In this document: in pieces, positions 26,552 to 40,805 of the stretch
Layout of the letters: every line of letters begins with the position of its first letter
How positions within the stretch are numbered: the stretch's first letter is position 1
Assembly (NCBI GenBank): GCA_043228905.1
Contig: JBHGNT010000018.1
Location: 14,074,001 to 14,138,000, forward strand
Origin: Azolla caroliniana
Lineage: Eukaryota; Plantae; Polypodiophyta
Reading direction: 5' to 3'
DNA: 64,000 nt
Position numbers and translations under genes: made by a program
The notes under the pieces: generated by a model
Seen by the model: only the letters and a program-made list of their open reading frames with translations
The model's database searches: none
Told to the model about the DNA's origin: nothing

Positions 26552-29120
26552 TGCTGAGGATCAAACCTCAAATTTGTGAGAAAGACTAACTTGAAAATAC
26601 ACAACACACGTTGAACAACAAATGCACAGTACACAGTGATTTACGTGGAAACTCTAAACGGGGAAAAACCACGGAAACAAGATTCCACTATACAGAGAGA
26701 AGTACAAGGTGAGATCACACAATACAAAACTCTGAAACCAAGTGTATCAACTGCACAGGGCTCTTGACATCCAAGCTCACTTAGCTATGGCGTTGCTCTC
26801 TTTCCCACTCTCACTCTACAACTACACTATTATGTTCAACTCTAATATGGTGTTTGCCCTAAGTGTATTTATACTAATACACAGTATGAGCTATTTACAA
26901 TCATGACCATTATTATTATCTAATAATAATAATAATAGTCTTACTAATGAGCTGACTCATCCGTCAACTGTCAGGTCGGTCCGACTAGTCGGCCTGATCA
27001 TCGACCATTCGGTCCGCCCGACTAGCCGGTCGTCTCTTCAACCTCGATCACCTCTTGTCGACTCTCCATGTCATCAACTGTCGGCTCTCTTTGAGCAGTC
27101 GGCTCCTCCCACTAGAGGGACATATTCCTAACAAACTCCCCCTTCACTCCAATGGTGAGAAGTCCGTTAGTCTTGTCCTGTGTTGACAGACTCTGAGTCT
27201 GTCCATTGGCAGGTTCTTTGTCAGCATGTCGGATCCATTGTCATTAGTATGGATCTTCACGAGGGTAAACTCTCCTTCTTCAACTTTCTCCCTCAACCAG
27301 TGATACCTTCTCTATATATGCTTGGTCCGGGAGTGGTACGCGGCATTCTTTGCTAGATGTATGACACTCTGATTGTCACAATGAAGCAAGAACTCCCTTT
27401 GCTTCATCCCCAACTCACTGAGAAAATTTCTCATCCAGATTACCTCTTTGTTGGCCTCTACTGTTGCCATGTGCAAGAATGTTGTCTTGACATCCAACTG
27501 TTCGATCTCTAGGTCCATGTTGGCAACTATGCTCAGAACAGTTCGGATGGATATCATCTTCACGACTGGTGCGAATATCTCGTTGAAGTCAACGCCCTTT
27601 TTCTATCAGAACCCCTTCACCACTATGCGGGCTTTATACCTAGGCGTGTTGTCGACTTCTCTAGTCTTCACCTTATAGACCCATTTGTTCCTAAGTGCTC
27701 TCTTACCTTTCAGTAATTCTACCAAGTCGTAGGTGTAGTTTTCATGCAAGGAGTCCATCTCGTCTTGCATTGCACTCAACCATCTTTCTCTGCGCTTGTC
27801 CGCAATGACTTCGTCATAACACTCTGGTTCACCTTCATCAATCAAGAGGATGTATTGACTGGCATATGTTGTCAGTGCTCTTCTCTCTCTAAGAGGATAT
27901 CTCCTTCCATTCGTCATTGGCTCCGGCTCGGATGTCTCTAACAACTCTTCTCTTGGCTTGGGTTCATTCATGTTGATCGGTTGTCGGATGTCCATTGACT
28001 CCGATTCGTATTCTTCAATCAACTTCAATAGGTCTGTTGACTCCGACTCATAGATCGGTTGCTCTAAGTCGAGGGACTCCGATTCAGCTCTTCCATCTAG
28101 CTGTCTCCGATTAGCCGTGTCGGTTCAACTAGTCTTAAGGTGGTAGTCGAGGGCGACTAGGGAGTCGATTCTGAGTTCTGCTTCTTCTAGTCCTCAATTG
28201 TTTTGTCTTCCAAGAAAACTACATCCTGACTTTGCACCACCTTCTTATCGCCTAAGTCCCATAGCTTGTAGCCGAACTTTTCCTCTGAGTATCCCATAAA
28301 TATGCATGGTTTCGACTTACTGTCGAGCTTTGACCTCTGATCCTTTGCAACATGCATATACATTAAGCATATGAACACCCTTAGGTGTCGGTAGGAGACA
28401 TCCTTTCCTATCCACACCCTTTGTGGGACATCACCTTTCAGTGGTACTGAGGGGGACCTATTGATCAGGTAAATTGTTGTGTACATCGCCTCAGCCCAAT
28501 ACGATTTCGACAGTTTAACATGAGAGAGCATGCTCCTTTATCTCTCCATGATTGTTCGATTCATCCTCTCTACAAGCTCGTTCAACTCAGAGGTCTTTGG
28601 TACAGTGTATTCGATTCAAATACCCTAGGCCTTGCAGTATTCCTCAAACTGCCATTTATATACGCCACCATTGTTGGCTCGGATTGCCTTCAACTTTTGA
28701 CTTGACTCCCATTCGGTTCTTGCCTGGAACTCATTGAAAAAGGACAGTACTTGATCTTTAGACTTTAGTACAAAAGCCCACAACTTCCAACTATAGTCAT
28801 CGATGAAAGTCACAAAGTATTTTCCACCTCAATGCGACGTAGCATCCACATAACACACATCCATGTGTACTAGTTCCGGTGGTAGTTCTCTTCTTCTTGG
28901 TGATCTTTAGTGGAATGTTGCTCTATTCTACTTTCCAACTAAGCAGTCGACGCACTTCTCCAAGTGCAGTCCCTTTACTTCTGGCAGAAGTTTTTGGTCG
29001 GCTAACAAATGCACACCCTTCTCACTCATGTGGCCTAGCCTCTTATGCGATAACTCTCCACTCGGGTCGGCTGCCAAATTCCCTTCCGACTTGCACAATC
29101 GGGCATGCATCATAAGGAAT
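26552..29120 (-). mobile_element. Tork-like Ty1/copia 3' part (INT, RT/RH with internal deletion, PPT, 3' LTR 26552-27133)
   Basis: YWAEAMYT..INRSPS INT; RYKARIVVKGF; fused VKTTFLH|MATVEANKEVIW (RT core deleted); HCDNQS..HSRTKHI; PPT at 27134-27148. Confidence 0.88.
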
Positions 29121-29850
29121 TTACTTAAGGAATATAGCCTCGATGATTCTTCTTGAATAATGACGAAGGATTTGATGGATTGCAGTAAATCTCCTAACAA
29201 GTCATTGATTATCGAAGCTACACTACAAGAGTTCAAACAAAGGTTTTCTCAACTATCCATAATTAAAAAAACAATTTTGGACTCAATCAAGGTTTGTTTA
29301 TTTCTCAAAGCAGTGGATGCAATAGACCACTAATTTGAGATTGGGCTTCTCGTAGAAAATGAAGATGTTCTTGTTTCAGACTGGGTGCGTAAAGCAAACA
29401 TGTAGGTGCTACAACAAGAACTGTAATGGGATAAAGAGTTGAGTTTTAACATAGTAACCTTGATTGAATGAAGAGTATGAGATGATAGAAACATGCCAAT
29501 AATAGTAGGTTCAAGGCCAAGGAATGAGGTGGTTGAAAGACTACTTGGAGGCATAACGATAGATTAATTGTCAAACATTATCTATGACCTTCAAATTGCT
29601 CAAGTTAGGAGAGATGAAGAACAAAAGTTACTAGATTGTTGACTTGATTTTCACGAATGTGCGTGTGATATAATTCTTGGAACCATCAAAGAAGGGATTG
29701 TGCAAACCTCAAAACCTCTCCAGCAAAACATTGTGTACAATGCCAACAACAGAATTCATTGTGTGCAATAGCGGCTGGTGCTGTTGCAAGTAGATGTTGG
29801 GAATATGGATCCGAATCAAGATGATTTAAATTTCAAACACAATTAACACT

Positions 29851-31003
29851 TGATGAAACCACAAGACGAAAAATGAGAGTACACCAAAATTTTAACGTGG
29901 AAAACCCAAAATAGGGAAGAAACCATAGGAACCGTAGGTTCCAAATAACTTCACTATAATTTGGAGTACAATGAAATACGACCTCACTAGAGGGGTATAT
30001 CTACCTCAAGGCAATGGCCTTGGTTACAACCTTCACCCAATCGGGTGGATAGAATAACAAGGATTACAAACTGCATACGACCTCTCTAGGTTTTGACTAG
30101 AGGAACGTACAAACCTCAAGGCAACAACCTTGGCTACACAACAAGGAATGTGCTAGCCTCAAGGCAAAACATCCTTGGTTGCAATCGTCACCCGATCTAG
30201 TGGATAAACCAACCACAATAAGCACAAGGAATGTGCTAGTCTCTCTAGGTTTTTGTCTAGAGGAAATATATTAGCTTCAAGGCAACAACCTTGCCTACGA
30301 TCCTCACTTGATTATGTGGATAAACCAAAGAAAATAACCTTACAATTCTTCACCCAACTGGGTGGATAGAAAAACTAGCAAAAAAGGAAACAAGAAAACA
30401 ACCATGAAACGAAGTAACCTGATGCGAGTAGACAGGAGAGGTGTTGCATAGTTGTGGTTCTCGGTCAGCACGACCAACTCCTCACAGGTCTCTGTCTCCT
30501 CCACTTCGTAGAACACTCTTCCTCCTATTTTCTTCTCTATTTTCTGTTTTTCTCTGTGTTCTCTCTTTCACTCGGTGTCTCAATCTCAGAGTTCTATCTC
30601 GCTTCTTTTTCAGCGCTCTCTTTCGTTTCTTATCTACTGTTTTTCTGCTCTCTATCACATTGTTGTGTGTCTGCCCCTCTTCCTTCAGCCTTGTAGACTA
30701 ACGTCTCTTTTCGTATGTGTTTTCACACCTGAACATACAGAACAGACACACCAAAACAACATAATAAAACATACATACATACCAGTCCACAAGTATGTGT
30801 ATATATTTGTAAATAGGTATATGTTAATATACTTAATTTTATCTTTTTCCCTTTTCAGCCCAATCGGCACTTAGCCAATTCGGCGCTTAGCTTGTAGGTG
30901 GCTGTCAGCCGTCTCTCGACTTCTTGTCAATTCTCAGCCAACTCTAAGTAGGCTCTTCGACCTCAACCAGTTGTGGGCTCCACTTGAGTGGATAGACCCA
31001 ACA
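29851..31003 (-). mobile_element. Copia-type LTR with internally amplified hairpin repeats
   Basis: aacgtggaaaaccc..ggaagaaacc motif, ...cccaaca terminus at 31003, repeated cctcaaggcaa..ccttgg units; left boundary approximate. Confidence 0.6.
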
Positions 31004-32189
31004 GTAGAGACACCACTCTTTGGCTTCCATGTGCTTGGGGTTCACCTTTACTGATCGGGGGTATGGAGGCAGTGAAGGATCTCGACCATGTAGTGTGCGG
31101 AAAGGGTTGATGATTGATCTTGGTTTATGCTTGCATGCATGTGTTGTATGTGTGGATTGCAAAAGGTAGGATCTTGTCCTAGGGTGAAAGCATTGGAATG
31201 GGAACAATTACTTATGTACTTCACAGAACTAATTAGCTATTCAAAAAGTTGAATGTGATTTAGTTGTTTTGCTATTTTCGGGATTATCAAAATGTGATCT
31301 CAAATAAAGTTAGAACTAAATCTGTAACATAAATAGTAATACTAGAAGGGTTTAAATCTATAGCAAATTCTTCGATACATGCAATGCCCCATTATGCACG
31401 ATCAATCACATTGGCAACGTGTTTGGTATTTTTCCTCACTCATCATTCCTCTGCAACCTTCCTTCCCTCATACATGTTTATATTTGCCTATGTAAGTAAT
31501 GTTGTTACAATCGCTCCTTAGTGCTTCTGCGTGTATTTCTATTGCAATCACTCCTTACCACCACTGTTTGTCCTGTTATTGTAATCACTCATTACTACCT
31601 CTTTCTATATCATCGTTGCAATCGCTCATTCCAGCCTCTACAAGTATTGTTGTTGCCTATAGTCATTACCGCCGCCACAAGTATCGCTTAGTAAAAAGTA
31701 GGTAGAAAAAGAAGAGAAAGAAAAATGTAGAAAGAATAGGGGAAATGGTATTGTTGGGATAGATATGATGTGGTGAAGTTGGGGTCGATGATTTCAATAG
31801 ATATCACCAAGAAGTGTCAAAATGACGCTTGTAGCGGAGTTCCAAGACAATGGCAATGGCAGCAGCAATGGTACCGGCGGCAGGCGGTGATAGACAACGA
31901 CAGAGATGATGGTTGACAACAATAAGCAATGATGAGTGGTAATGGAAGTGGTAATGGACAACAATGACATCAATGAGGGGTGGCGGCAATACTAGACAAC
32001 AACATGTGGTGGCCAACACATGTATGAGATAGCATTTTTTTTTATTTTTTACCAAAACCAAAATATCCTTCCATTAGTTTTTAGAAAAGTCATAACAACT
32101 GCAAGATACAAAATATTTTTTCCCAACTCATCTTTATAAGATGATGGTTAAGGAAAGAAATCTATGTACTCCAAAGTAGAGGAAAAACT

Positions 32190-33170
32190 AATCTGAAAGT
32201 TATTCTACAGACACATTCCAAGCTATTCCATTGACAACAGAAAAAGTAGTTGCATCCAAAGACAATCCCTCGCAGCTCATAGATATGAACCATTTCAATG
32301 CTTCTTCAACTTGCTCTTGTTCAGCATAATTTGTAATCAATACATTCCAAGCTATTCCATAAACAGAAACAAAAGTTATGACATCCAGAGACAAGCCCTT
32401 GCAACTCCTAGATTGGAACCATTAGAATGATTTTTCAGCATGCGATATCCACCAATGCAAATCCAATAAATCTTCCTTTACCCTAAAAAACCGAATGCTA
32501 CCACAAGCTTCCAAGGTAGAGAACAATGTATTCCATGCCTCTACATCTCAGTTTTGAAGGCGATCAAATACATTCTGTGCTTCTTCAAGACAACCACATT
32601 TCATATGCACGTATGTAAACACAAAAAGAATGCTTCCTCTTTCCACATCAATCATCTTGTTGGTTACCACCAAATTCCTGGTTCTATACTCCCTCCATTC
32701 TCTTGAAACTACCTCGTATACATGAAAACAATGACCACTTGTATGCTCACACAACTTTGGAGAACCATAGCATGCAGACCATTCTTCAAATTACATCATT
32801 CTGCCACATCCAATCCTTGTTGTATGATCCCCAAGTAAACCACAAAAAATCTCTGTTGAACCATGATCCACCTAGTCACCTATAACATATGTCCAACAAA
32901 GCCTTTCCAAGCTCAATATTGTCTTTTAGCAGCCTGATACTCATGATTCCATTGCAAGTTTCTGTACCTATTAACCACTCCCATAGTGCCACATGGTAGT
33001 AATATCCTGAAATTAGTGCATTTTTAGAAGCCATAGCCCGAACTGGAAGTCCCTCTTTCCTCATAGATAAAACACACAAGATGAGGGTCATATGGCGGCC
33101 TTCTAGCGTCTTCCATTACTTTGTCTCCACACAAAGAAGTTGCATTGTGAAACACCATCCTTCTTCAACC
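32190..33170 (-). pseudogene. Degenerate PLS-class pentatricopeptide-repeat (PPR) gene fragment
   Basis: Frame-broken PPR motifs: KCGCLEEAQNVFDRLQN, AWNVLITNYAEQEQVEEALKWF..M..EGLSLDATTF, NALISGY, ELGKALLDI. Confidence 0.75.
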
Positions 33171-33204
33171 TGCTCATAGTTAGCTACACCTAAAATTGTC
33201 ACCA

Positions 33205-34260
33205 CTCATCCTCCCCCCAAAAAAGAGAAAACCACTCCCCAAATTTGAAAAGTAAATAAAACATAATCTATCCTCGTCACTCCCTAGAAGTGCTTCAACA
33301 TCCTTTACCATCATCCATCTCTGCCCCATAATAAAAAGATTTTCTCATAAGGATGGCTTCCCCAAGCAAAGCCAAACCACTCTTGTAATTTCCACTTTCA
33401 ATGTACACAAAGTAGCCACGTCTTGAGACAATCTTTTATTTTCCACATTTAACCAACTTATAAATAGCAATACATAAGGCCTGGTACCAAATGTATACAT
33501 CGTAATACAATACCTTTTGACAATTTTTCTCCACTCATCCTCCCCAAAAAATTGAAAAAACCACTCCCCAACTTTGAAAAGTCATTGAAACATAATCTAG
33601 CCTCCTTGTCACTCCCTAGAACTGCTTCAACATCCTTTAACATCATCCATTTTTGTCACAAACCCAAAGCAAAAAGATTTCCCCCATAAGGATGGCTTCC
33701 CCAAGCAAAGCCAAACCACTCTTCTAATTCCACTTTCAACGTACACAAAGTTGCTGCATCTTAATGCAGTCTTCTATCTTCCACATTCAACTTGCTCATA
33801 GTCAACAATACATAACCTGCTATCAAATGTATACATCTTAGTATAATACCTTTTGACAGTTTGTCTCCACTCATCCTCCCCAGAAAAATGAGAAAACCAT
33901 TCCCCAAATTTGAAAAGTACTTGAAACATAATCTAGCCTCTCTATCACTCCCTAGGATTGGGTCAACATCCTTTTGCATTATCCATCTTTGTCACAAGCA
34001 AGAAGATTTTCCCAGGTGGATGGCTTCCCCAAGCAAAGCCAAACCAGTCTTCTATTTTCTACTTTCAACTAGAACTGCTTCAACATCCTATAACATCATC
34101 CATCTTTGTCATTGTCACAAGCACAAAGCAAAAATTAAATAATAAATAAATAAAAATAAAAATAAAAATCCCATAAGGATGACTTCCCCGAGCAAAGCCA
34201 AACCACTCTTCTATTCCCCACCTTCAACCTACTCACATTCAACCTAATGCCAAATGTATA
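33205..34260. repeat. ~330-bp tandem repeat, 3 copies plus a partial
   Basis: actcatcctcccc..aaaaccactcccc..tttgaaaagt..cataatcta..cactccctag at ~33205, 33533, 33869; ggatggcttccccaagcaaagccaaacca x4. Confidence 0.85.
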
Positions 34261-34569
34261 CCTCCTAGTACAAATATTTAAAATCAACCACTGTGTCACT
34301 TCATAAAAATGCTTCATCACATCCACTCACTATCCATTCTAATAATAATAATAAATACTTCATCCACCCTCACCATTTGTCCATAGTACTTGTCCAATGG
34401 TAGTGCTTCATAGTCCATTAGGTAAGTAACAAAACCTACCAAAAAGTATCAAACAATACAAATTACATTGAATAGAAATATATAAATATCTCCCTATCAC
34501 ACCATAGGAACACTTCTTCCTCCCATAACAACATCCTTCTCCAACAAAGAATAGAATTATTATGTTTAT

Positions 34570-36525
34570 CAACAAGTTATGTTGTTATGTGCTGTAAGAC
34601 TGAAATAAGAAAGGACTAGGCGGAGGAAACAACAATCGTGGTGGCACATAATTCCAACAGTTTTCATGTGTCCCATCCAACCATAGCGGTATTGGCCACA
34701 ATGTCTGACGAATTTTCCTTCTTTTCTTATACACCTTTTCTGCTGGTCCTTTAATATTATCATACTCTCCCTTAACTGTATGTACTAAGTTGTCCCAGAA
34801 CATCTTTATCATATCCACCACATTATACTCGATACCTTCATATTTCTTGTTGCACCTACACTTCCACCACACCCATAAAGCATTAATCGAGACAATATTC
34901 CAAACAAAAGCCTTTTTAAAATATTTACCACCTGGACTATTCAGGAGAACTGCTTCAATTCTATTCTCCGACACACACAATGCTTCCACACATTGCTCCC
35001 CCTCGTACATGGATACTTGGACATCCAAAGACCCCCAAAGAACAGCTCCCCATGTAAAAATCTCTCCTCTATATTTATAAGAAAACATCCCAAGTATTTT
35101 TCCCCAATATTGTTGAACTGCAATACAAGTCCAAAACAAATGTTTCAAAGTCTCCTCCTGTACTTGGCAACACACACAATGATGATCATGAACCTGTCCT
35201 TTTAGATGACAACCTACAGGTAAAGCATAATGAAGTAATAACCACTTAAAAGAAATGGCTCTCCGCAAACATGGTAAAGTCCATAAACTTTTCCAGTAAA
35301 CTGCCAAATATTGAGGCGATATTGCACCTGACTCCCAATACTTTTGAGCAGCAGGACTTATGAATGGCGTTGCAACAAGAAGCATCTCCCATAGGCGACA
35401 GAGTACTGAAAAAAATGGAGAGTTCTACTTTCTTGTTCATTTGTTGAAGATCTTCCAACCAACCGCCATGCGTAGTCAACCGAGTCCCAATTAAGGTGTT
35501 CCACCGGCTTACTTTGAAATGCCCACAGTTGTCGTGCATGGTCTGCCACAAAGGGTTAGGATCTAGGAAAATTCTTCTTCTTTAACCTAGCAATGACCCT
35601 AATGGGTTTTTGGGAGGCTAGTTGCATAATTTTAGCTTCTTCTTCCACTAAATATAAAAGACCAGCATCTCCAACCTCATAAAATCTTATTCTACCCTCA
35701 TCAATGTAAGGCCTAACACCTATTAAAATGCCCAAAGGTGAGAAAAGACCATACCATGTATAATTATTATGTAAGGTAATTTGCCTTTGACAATTCTGAA
35801 AAGCCTATTGAATTGAACGGACATCAAACCTCCCCCACGTAATGAAGACAATAAATGTTTTTTGTCCTCATTTGAGAGAAATTGAAAACACTCCCTATCA
35901 GCCACACTTGTAGCTGGCCCCAAGTCCATTTTCCCCCACGATAAATGCGGCCTAATACCTAAAACATAACCAGAGCTATCAGTAAACAAAGGATTCCATA
36001 GCAATGGTCATCTTAGAAACTGGGCTTCTGTTGAAGGCAGTTGAAATAATAGAGCCTCCCTAATGTCCTTCCATGCCCTCAAAATACCTGTAAAAAATCT
36101 TCTAAAACCAACATTTTGAGCCTTAATTGGAAATTCAAAATTAAACAACCATCTACAACTATCTTGCCACTGTCCTCCTAAGGGAGGCTTAATGTTACGA
36201 ATATCTAACAACCATAACTTTTTCCTCAACTCATCCCCAGGCATAAATCCTCTCACAACATGCTTCGCAAGAAGAGCCTTACTCTGGAGCATAGGATCTA
36301 TTAAGCCTAGTCCACCTTCACTTACTGGCCGGATTAAAACCGACCAAGCAACTTTTGCAACAGCCCTTGATCCCAACTAAGCACCCCAAATAAAATTACG
36401 AACTAAGCGTTGTATTTTCAATATAATGGAACCTGAAAATAACCACGTTGACACAATATACCACATTGATGCGAGCAGAATAGAGTTTGCCACAACTACC
36501 CTAGATAGCAATGTATGAGATAGCA
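34570..36525 (-). mobile_element. 5'-truncated L1-type LINE ORF2 (RT thumb region plus zf-RVT)
   Basis: SRVVVANSILLASMWY; KVAWSVL..EGGLGLID; FKWLLLHYALPVG..CVCCQVQEETLKHLFWTC; ends WNYVPPRLLFPPP. Confidence 0.88.
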
Positions 36526-38254
36526 ATTCGATGGTTACCTTCAATAAAAGACTAGAGTTGAAGGTGACCTTTGACTCAAACATTGTCTTTGACTTGAGCT
36601 TAGCCTTCAAGTGAAGGCTTATCAAAGGTAAAGGTAAAGGCTCCCTTTGACTCAAGGCTAACCTCTAATCGAAGGCTAGGTTTGAGGGTTACCTAGAGTA
36701 ATGCTCTAAGTTAGGGATAATTATAACTTTATCTTGCCCTTGTAGGGGAGGGAAATATTAAAGAATTGTGATTCTATCCTCCCTATTTGGGCAGGGTTTG
36801 GACTCTGGTGGATGGAACATTGGCTTTAGTTAGCATAGCAAGTTCTAGTCTCGCTGTCCAAAATTTATACATAAGCTTGTAAATTTTTGTTCGATGGTCA
36901 GAATCAAGATATGAAAATTATTTCTATTTGTGGTGAGTTTCCTAATAGGTAGACTAAGACTTCGACTTTTTACCGATTTTGCTCCAAAATCATGTAACTT
37001 CACGTCCCAAACTCGGAATACAGAGCCAAATAATTTGTTATGATCCCGGTTTTGATTATGAATAATACTAAATCAAGACTATATACTAGATTTACTGAAA
37101 TTAATTTTCTATAAATATAAAAAAAGACATATTACATAGAAGGTTTATAGGTTCAATTTAGATAATGAGGTAATCTCAACTCCGTTACATAGAATGGCTT
37201 GTCAGCAAGTAGATAGGTAGAGAATATCACACTTGCATCCTATTTCTTGTCTACCACTTAGTAGCGAGACTAGACCCCATGTCTGATTTTGCTACAAGCC
37301 ATAAATTTCTTTTTCCATGGCTTTTGTCCATTCTAATTTCCCACTAGCTTCATAAAATCTAGATGGCTTTATCTTTTTTGTTACTTTGACCATATCAACA
37401 TAATTCTTGGCCATGTAACCATTGTGTTTGTATCTCTATATTGGATTCCTTGAGTAACTTGATTTCCTAAGTTGTTGGATGGCCACGTCTAGTGCTTTCT
37501 TCACTCTTGGATTATGCATCACTTGCACCTCCAAGCCCCCTACCCTAAGGAGTCATTTGACTCACTCCTACCTTTGGTATGAGGATCCAAAGTCATATGC
37601 TCACTTGCTTTCTCATTGTCATAGCGCATTGTTGTAAAAAGTTGTGAAATCTTGTAAACAGACATAACTAGCTGAGCCAGACAAATAATGTGACAATTAA
37701 GTGAACACAGAGTTGGAGATGGAGACAAGTACAGACAGAGAGTACACAAACAATAGGGAACTATATTTCAAAGATTGTCAACTTACACACAATGTGCTCA
37801 TAGAGCACTTTATATACAAGATGTTGACACAAGTACAATCAGCTCATTCAATGTCCTTGACACTAATTTACATATAATATTCCTATAACTAGGTTAGGAA
37901 TCTAGGTCCTATAGTCTAGTGTCCTAACGTTCTTATAGCCGATTCGGCCTTATGGCCTTTCAACTTATTGCCCATCCGACTTTCGGCCCATCGGACTTCT
38001 TGTTGAGCTTGCTTTCTCAACAATTGCGTATGAGCGGCTACTCTGATAGCTCCTTGTCAAGCTTTCCAAGGGGCTCCCGTGTGGCTCACTCAAGTCTTCT
38101 AGGACATCTCTACCCTTGGTAGCCAATTTGTTAGTCGGTTGCCTAGTTGGCTTGCTAAATGATGCACTAATTTTTTGGTTATTAGGGTTGCTAGTGTCCA
38201 ATGATCTGCTACAACTAGGACCATCTTGATCATGGCCTTCTTTGTCCAAGTTTA

Positions 38255-38584
38255 TGTTGGGAAAACAGGTCCATCTGGGATGGGAAGAAGAGAATGAACC
38301 GAATAGGATGGAATCAATTGGTAATTTGGCCGAGGCCAATAGGCCGAACCTGAAATAAAAAATCGGAAATCGATGAATAGAATAATTGATTTAATAGCCG
38401 ATTCGGGAGACTATATTTGTACCTATTAATGTGCCCCCTATGGGGCTATATTTGTAAATAGGCCAGAGAGTTGTATTAGTATAAATATAACTAGGGCAAA
38501 CTATATGCAGATGTCGTTGTGAATCATTCGTGTAGTTGATTATAGTTGTATAGTTACTGACGAGGTCGTTGTCTCCGTAAATGT

Positions 38585-38627
<43 letters not shown>

Positions 38628-38908
38628 TTAGTGAATGTCTACTCTGTAACCGTCTGTCTGTTAGACGAAGAAGATCTCGAGGTCGTTGCCTCAGAGTTTC
38701 TTATTGTACTTCCTCTCGATATAGTGATTTAGTTCGAAGTTTATGGACTCCACATGGTTTTTCCCATTCGGGTTTTCCACGTTAAAATATCTTGTGTCTT
38801 TGTCTTTCGGTTCTTTTGTTGTCTGTGTATTGTCGACTTTGTCATTCTCGATCTTTGCACCCAAATACGTATACGAGAAATCGGTTGTGACTGGTTACGA
38901 TCCTAACA
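38255..38908 (+). mobile_element. Solo LTR (Tork-like copia family)
   Basis: TGTTG...TAACA; flanks GTTTA/ATTTA (5-bp TSD with 1 mismatch); homologous to 17472-18020. Confidence 0.85.
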
Positions 38909-39554
38909 ATTTATGCTTCGTTCCTTAGTGTACCCAGAGCTCTCCTTGTCAAAAACTATATCTCTATTTCTATATATCTTAATGGTTATTGGTTTGTAGC
39001 ACCTATATAGCCGTTCTCTCCTATGAATATTGAATGAAGATGCACTTCTTCACCTTTGCATCCAACTTGTTCCGAACTTCCTCCAGAATATGCACATATA
39101 CTACTAAGCATAACATTGTTAGGTGTGAGAGATTTAACATCGTCCTATGAAACATTTCCTCTGGAAGCTCACCCACAGTGATACATCAATTCATGATGTA
39201 CATTGTTGCATTTGTTGCTTTCGCCCAATAGTACATGTTCATCTTCTTTTTCTCTAACATCATTTAGATGATGTTGTTGATTGTTTGATTCTTCTACTAC
39301 GTCACTCTTTTTGTTGTGTTGTATACCTACAAGTGTCCTGCCATCAGATTCTTGTTAAAGAATTTTGAGAATTCATTAGAAAAATGCTCACCCTTTTCTT
39401 TGGCAAGGTAAGTAAAGGACTTTACGTTCTTTTAGTCACCATATGAAATTGTTAATAAGGTCTAAGTGGTTGAACAACTAAGAATTGATTAGGTGTATGT
39501 GTATGGTATCTTTGCTTGTTCATTCATTTTTTCTCTTTACAGTTTCTCACATGC

Positions 39555-39792
39555 TTTGTGATCTTTGCACCCGAATACATATACGAGAAACCGGTTGTGG
39601 CCGGTTACGATCCTAACAATTGGTATTAGAGCGACGGAAGAACATTTCGGTGGAATGTTCGAGTGTGGAAGTCGAAGATGTGGGATATGCTCGTGTGCGA
39701 CGACCTCTCGCTATCGGTGCAAGACGAAGCCAGACAAGATCGATGCATCGACAGGCGGCAGCATACGTGAGGTGTTTTATAGACATGAGTCT
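39555..39792 (+). mobile_element. Tork-like copia fragment (LTR end, PBS, deleted gag)
   Basis: tcctaaca-attggtattagagc; AAAYVRCFIDMSL matches the gag at 17205-17492. Confidence 0.7.
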
Positions 39793-40805
39793 TGTTGAGC
39801 AGACAAGCTCAACCGGATCCGGATGGGCGGAATAAGTCGGAGCCGGATCAGTATCCTGAACGAAGAACCAGATCGGTATTCGGAACCAAGAGCTGGATCG
39901 GATTGTAACCGATGGGTTGTTAGAGGCCTATGGTTCTAGCCTATTACTTAGGCATATGTTTGGGAGTCATTGACTAATGCTCTGTATGAGCATTGATGTA
40001 CTTGTCAGTACTTATGTTAGTCCTTTTAAGGACTTGTGTAAAGGTGCTCTTTGACCACATTGTATGTATAGAGTATTATTTTGAATTTCTTTTTTATTGT
40101 TTTTCTCTCTCAGTCTCTCCCACGTACACTATGTGTGATGTAAGCTTTCCATTAAACCTATGTATATTTTCCGTTCCTATCCGGTGAAGCCGGTTTCGTC
40201 TACGAGCTTCCGCACACAATTCTTTTCACGGTATCAGAGTGTGAGGGTTGAGTATCCTCTCTTGCAGACAAGCGATTCGTCAAAGACAAACCCAAACCTA
40301 ACACCCCGGTAAGAACAAAAAGAAGAATGGATAGAGGGATGATAAGCTCGCTTGCAACAGAGAAACTCGACAGAAATAACTACACATCTTGGTCGTACAA
40401 GATGCACCAATATCTGCTCGGACACGGATACTGGAGCTATGTCAAATGAGCAAATGAAGTTGCGTTGGAGCTGGCACACAAGGACTTCCCAGCATGGGAG
40501 CAAGGAACGAGCACGGTGTTATACTATCTCGTGTCTTGTGTGCACGACCAGATGTTAGGCTACATCAGGGATGCAAAAACACCAAACGAAGCTTGGGAGA
40601 ATCTAAAAAGATTTTCGCAGCAAGCACGACGATCCGTAAGTTGAAGCTCTGACAAGAGCTCAACAACATCCGATAGCGAGATACATCAGTTACCGGTTAC
40701 ACCACCAAGATCAAGGAGATCTGCGACGCACTAGGTTCCATCAACATTATGGTGAACGAAGACGAGATGGTCCAGATCTGCCTCGGTGGTCTAGCACAAC
40801 GGTAC
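39793..40805 (+). mobile_element. Second copia family: 5' LTR 39793-40228, iMet PBS, gag N-terminus (interrupted; gag resumes ~47204-47631)
   Basis: TGTTG..TTCA, then ggtatcagag; TEKLDRNNYTSWSYKMHQYLLGHGYWSYV; zinc-knuckle remnant C..CGKKDH at ~47400. Confidence 0.82.

Noticed and set aside
33100-33160. 'QCNFFVW' resembling a GRF zinc finger
   Set aside because: No upstream GRF cysteines or motif; another frame reads as PPR-like debris.
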